Shown: positions 61,301-64,000 of the stretch, piece after piece
Numbering within the stretch: position 1 is the stretch's first letter
Layout: the number at the start of each line of letters is the position of its first letter
Assembly: GCF_000315625.1 (NCBI RefSeq)
Contig: NW_005434513.1
Location: 20,381 to 84,380 of the forward strand
Length of the DNA: 64,000 nt
Origin: Guillardia theta CCMP2712
Lineage: Eukaryota > Protista > Cryptophyta
Direction: 5' to 3'
The notes under the pieces: generated by a model
What the model was told of the DNA's origin: nothing
The model's input: only the letters and a program-made list of their open reading frames with translations
Databases searched by the model: none
Made by a program: the position numbers and the translations under genes

Positions 61301-64000
61301 GTAGCGATACAGAAGATTGACGATTTCATTCCTCTCCTCTACGTCGTCAACATGCCAAGCATCGTTACCACCAGAGACAAGTCTCTTGAGCTTGAAGCCA
61401 ACGCCTCTGCCTCCTCCTGTTTGACTGCCTCCTCCTCCTCTTCCTCCTCCCTTGCTTCCTCCATGCAGTACATGTGGCGGGTGATGTGCCTTCGAGGAAG
61501 CTGCATGCAGGTAGCTCCTTCAGTTCTGCTGGATGATATAGAGAACGCTTTCTGAGCGTCTCTGTCGAGCTGAGCTTGAGCTGGACGTGCCTGACTAGCC
61601 TTGCAGGACATGATTTTGACTCAGAGTATCTTTCAGCCGATGACGTCAGCGACGAGATTCCTGCGCGTCAAGGCCAACAGTCTGAGCGTCGGCGGGACGT
61701 ACCGGTTCACGTCAACAGCCACATTCAACGGAAAGTCATCGAACGCGTCAGTTGATGTTTTCGTCACTCCTCGCAATTTGGTTCCCTTCATCTCTGGCAT
61801 CAGGTAAGCGGCACAAGCTTCAATCCTCCTCCTCCTCACTCTCTCGCAGTTCGGATGGTGTCGTCGGCAACGCGAGTGCGATCGCCATCAGCGGCATCAA
61901 CACTTGGGACCCTGACGAGGCGACGACGAAGTTGACAGCAGGAGGAGGAGGCTTCGTTTTCTCGTGGAGCCTCTTTCAAGTTGACATCTCTCCTGAGTTT
62001 GTCAACGGCGACTGGAAGCAGCCGGTGGAAATCTTGACCGACAGGTCTCTTGCTGCTGCTGCTCCCTCCTGCTTCCCTTCCCTTCAACTTCTTCATCCCC
62101 CTCCTTCATCTCCTCCTGCTTCTGCTTCTGCTCTTGCTCACCTCGTTGCAGATCTTCTGCCTTATCGGTCAGTTCCGACAAAGTCTCGGCAAGCATAGCA
62201 GGATCAGCTTTGCAGGCAGGCAGGCGCTACAGAGTCGCCATGACTGTCACGCGCGACAGCTCGCGATTGACGTCAAACTTGCCATCGCTTCTCAGCTCTG
62301 ACATTCTCCACCTCTTTACCACCAAGGCAAACACGACAAAGGACTTCACGTATCAGATTGGAAGCTACGTCAACGTTGACATTTTCCCGTGCGAGACTGA
62401 CAAGCCTTTCTCAACGCAACTCTGCTCGGCGAGAACCCAGAAGTTTTTGCTGGCCTCGAGCAAGACCGTTCTCTTTGCCTCCAACAACGCGGCCGACGCA
62501 TCCAAGCTGAACTTCGAGTGGAGCATCGAGAGTTCAGCCGACAGCCAGCTGGTCAGTCAGCCACACGTGTCTCGAACTTTCTCTGAGCGTTGGGTGCAGG
62601 CAAACTTGTCACAGGTGTCGCTTAAAGTCTTGTCGGGTCAAATTCTCTCAATCCAGCCCGGCGTCTTTGTCCCCGGCAGGACCGTCAAGTTCAGAGTCTC
62701 TATCTTTGACTCGTCCTCCTCCTCCCTACGCGGCGCTGCCGTCCTGTCGCTCTTCGTCCGCAGCCCTCCCAGGGGGGGGAACTTCAGCATCGAGCCCAGC
62801 AACGGCGAGGCTCTGACTACTACTTTCTCCTTCCTCGCTGACGGCTGGACGACCGAAGTCGATAGCCTGCCTCTCACCTACTCGTTCTACTTTCTCTCGC
62901 AGGTGGAGGGGGCGAGCATGGAGGTCGAGGTGGGAAAAGGAGAGCAGTACGTGCAGACTTCAATCCTCCCTAGCGGAAGCGCGGCCAGCAACTGGCAGGT
63001 CACGGTCGGGGTGTACATCTATGATGTCTACCTGGCGTTCAGCTCGGCAAAGACAACCGTAAAAGTGACAGAAGCGATCGCTGTCAAGTCCGTGCTCGAC
63101 CTGACTGCCCTCATCTCCTCGGTCGACAGCCTCCTCGAGTCTGAGGTATCCAGCAAGATAGCAGACAAGGACATCGCAGGAGCCCAGTGAGTTCCCAGCT
63201 GCTGCTGTGTCCCGCTCAGTTGACGCCGGTGGTTCAGGTCGATGCTTGCAGTCGCTGCCAACGTCATTTCATCGCAGACATTCTGTAAGGGCGTCCAGGC
63301 GGCTGCTGCTGAATGCGCCGGCGCCATCGCGTCAAAGTCATCTCTGCGCTTTCGAATCCTCCTGAAACTGTCGGAAGCGAACTTGACGCAGCCCCCGACC
63401 CTCGCGACTCTCGCAAGTCAGTCAGTCGCTTTCTCGCTGATCTGCAGCGACCCGGTCGAGATCGACACGAACCTGCAGCGGTACAGCATCTCCTTTCTCA
63501 ACCTCGCCATCGGATGCTACCAGACTTACCCCCAGGTGACTTGGCTCCTCCTCTCGCTCCCTCTTACTGCCCTCAGATGATCCTTGGACCGGTCTCTGAC
63601 CGACTGGTGGGCACCATAAACGTGGTCCTGCGCACGTACTCCTCCAGCGGTTTGACATCGCGAGGGACCTGGAAGAGCAACACGATGGCAGCGAGAGGTC
63701 AGCTGAGAGCACTCACGAGCGATCAGAACTATCAGAAGATGGCGCTGAACATCCTCTCGTCCATCTCGTCGCTGGCAGCGAGAGGTCTTCTGGTTGGCGA
63801 GGTGAAAAACTTTCAACGGCTTGTCAATTGTCTCCTTGTTGCGTCCGTGACTTGCGTTCAAAACTACTTGTCCTTTTCTTCTATTTTCACTTTCTTGTCT
63901 CTATTCCCCTGCCTCCATCCCCCCCGTGCATTCTTGTTTGTTTGTTGTCTCCTGCGCCTGTACTATTTGACAACTTTCTGCAGCCTCCTCTCCAGATGAA
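46600..64000 (+). CDS. Giant secreted/membrane PKD-REJ (polycystin-1-like) protein with N-terminal Ig-like 'FTDL' repeats; continues past the window end
   Basis: Signal peptide MGTMLHASSTAFAAFFLCMVVQVQA. Repeated QP.V...D..GN ... G.A.FTDL.I...G.G..L.F modules. REJ signature FVRSPPRGGNFSIEPSNGEALTTTFSFLADGWTTEVDSLPLTYSFYF (~62750-62890). One ~4.1-kb exon from 55799. Confidence 0.8.
48356..48502. repeat. Intronic tandem repeat, 27-bp unit ctgttgactttcctgtctcacctgctg, ~5.5 copies
   Basis: Directly visible. Confidence 0.9.

Noticed and set aside
1-64000. Numerous ORFs of poly-S/P/L/E/R/G (LLSSP, EERRG, poly-M/I/H)
   Set aside because: They are translations of intronic or intergenic microsatellites.

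Overview
Eukaryotic nuclear DNA, intron-rich with mostly ~45-55 bp introns plus microsatellite-bloated ones. The style suggests a cryptophyte alga such as Guillardia theta; this is an inference and was not verified. Recognisable genes are a GGQ release-factor-like protein, a Slo/BK-type K+ channel with an added C-terminal C2 domain, LSM4, DDB1, an LYRM7/MZM1-like protein, a DUF3431 protein, a large probably GPI-anchored surface protein, and a giant secreted Ig-repeat/PKD-REJ protein running off the right end. Two dynamic multicopy families are interleaved. The first is an inverted pair of NLS + 18-aa CxHx6CxxC ('CEHGR') repeat genes whose 54-bp units are nearly invariant except at a few hypervariable codons, resembling a TALE/PRDM9-style recognition code; this is the most interesting candidate system. 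The second is six copies or fragments of a solo CENP-B/pogo-like HTH gene. No rRNA, tRNA or CRISPR array was seen. There are three N-gaps (42091-42190, 42924-43100, 51002-51101). Exon structures were read by eye and are approximate.
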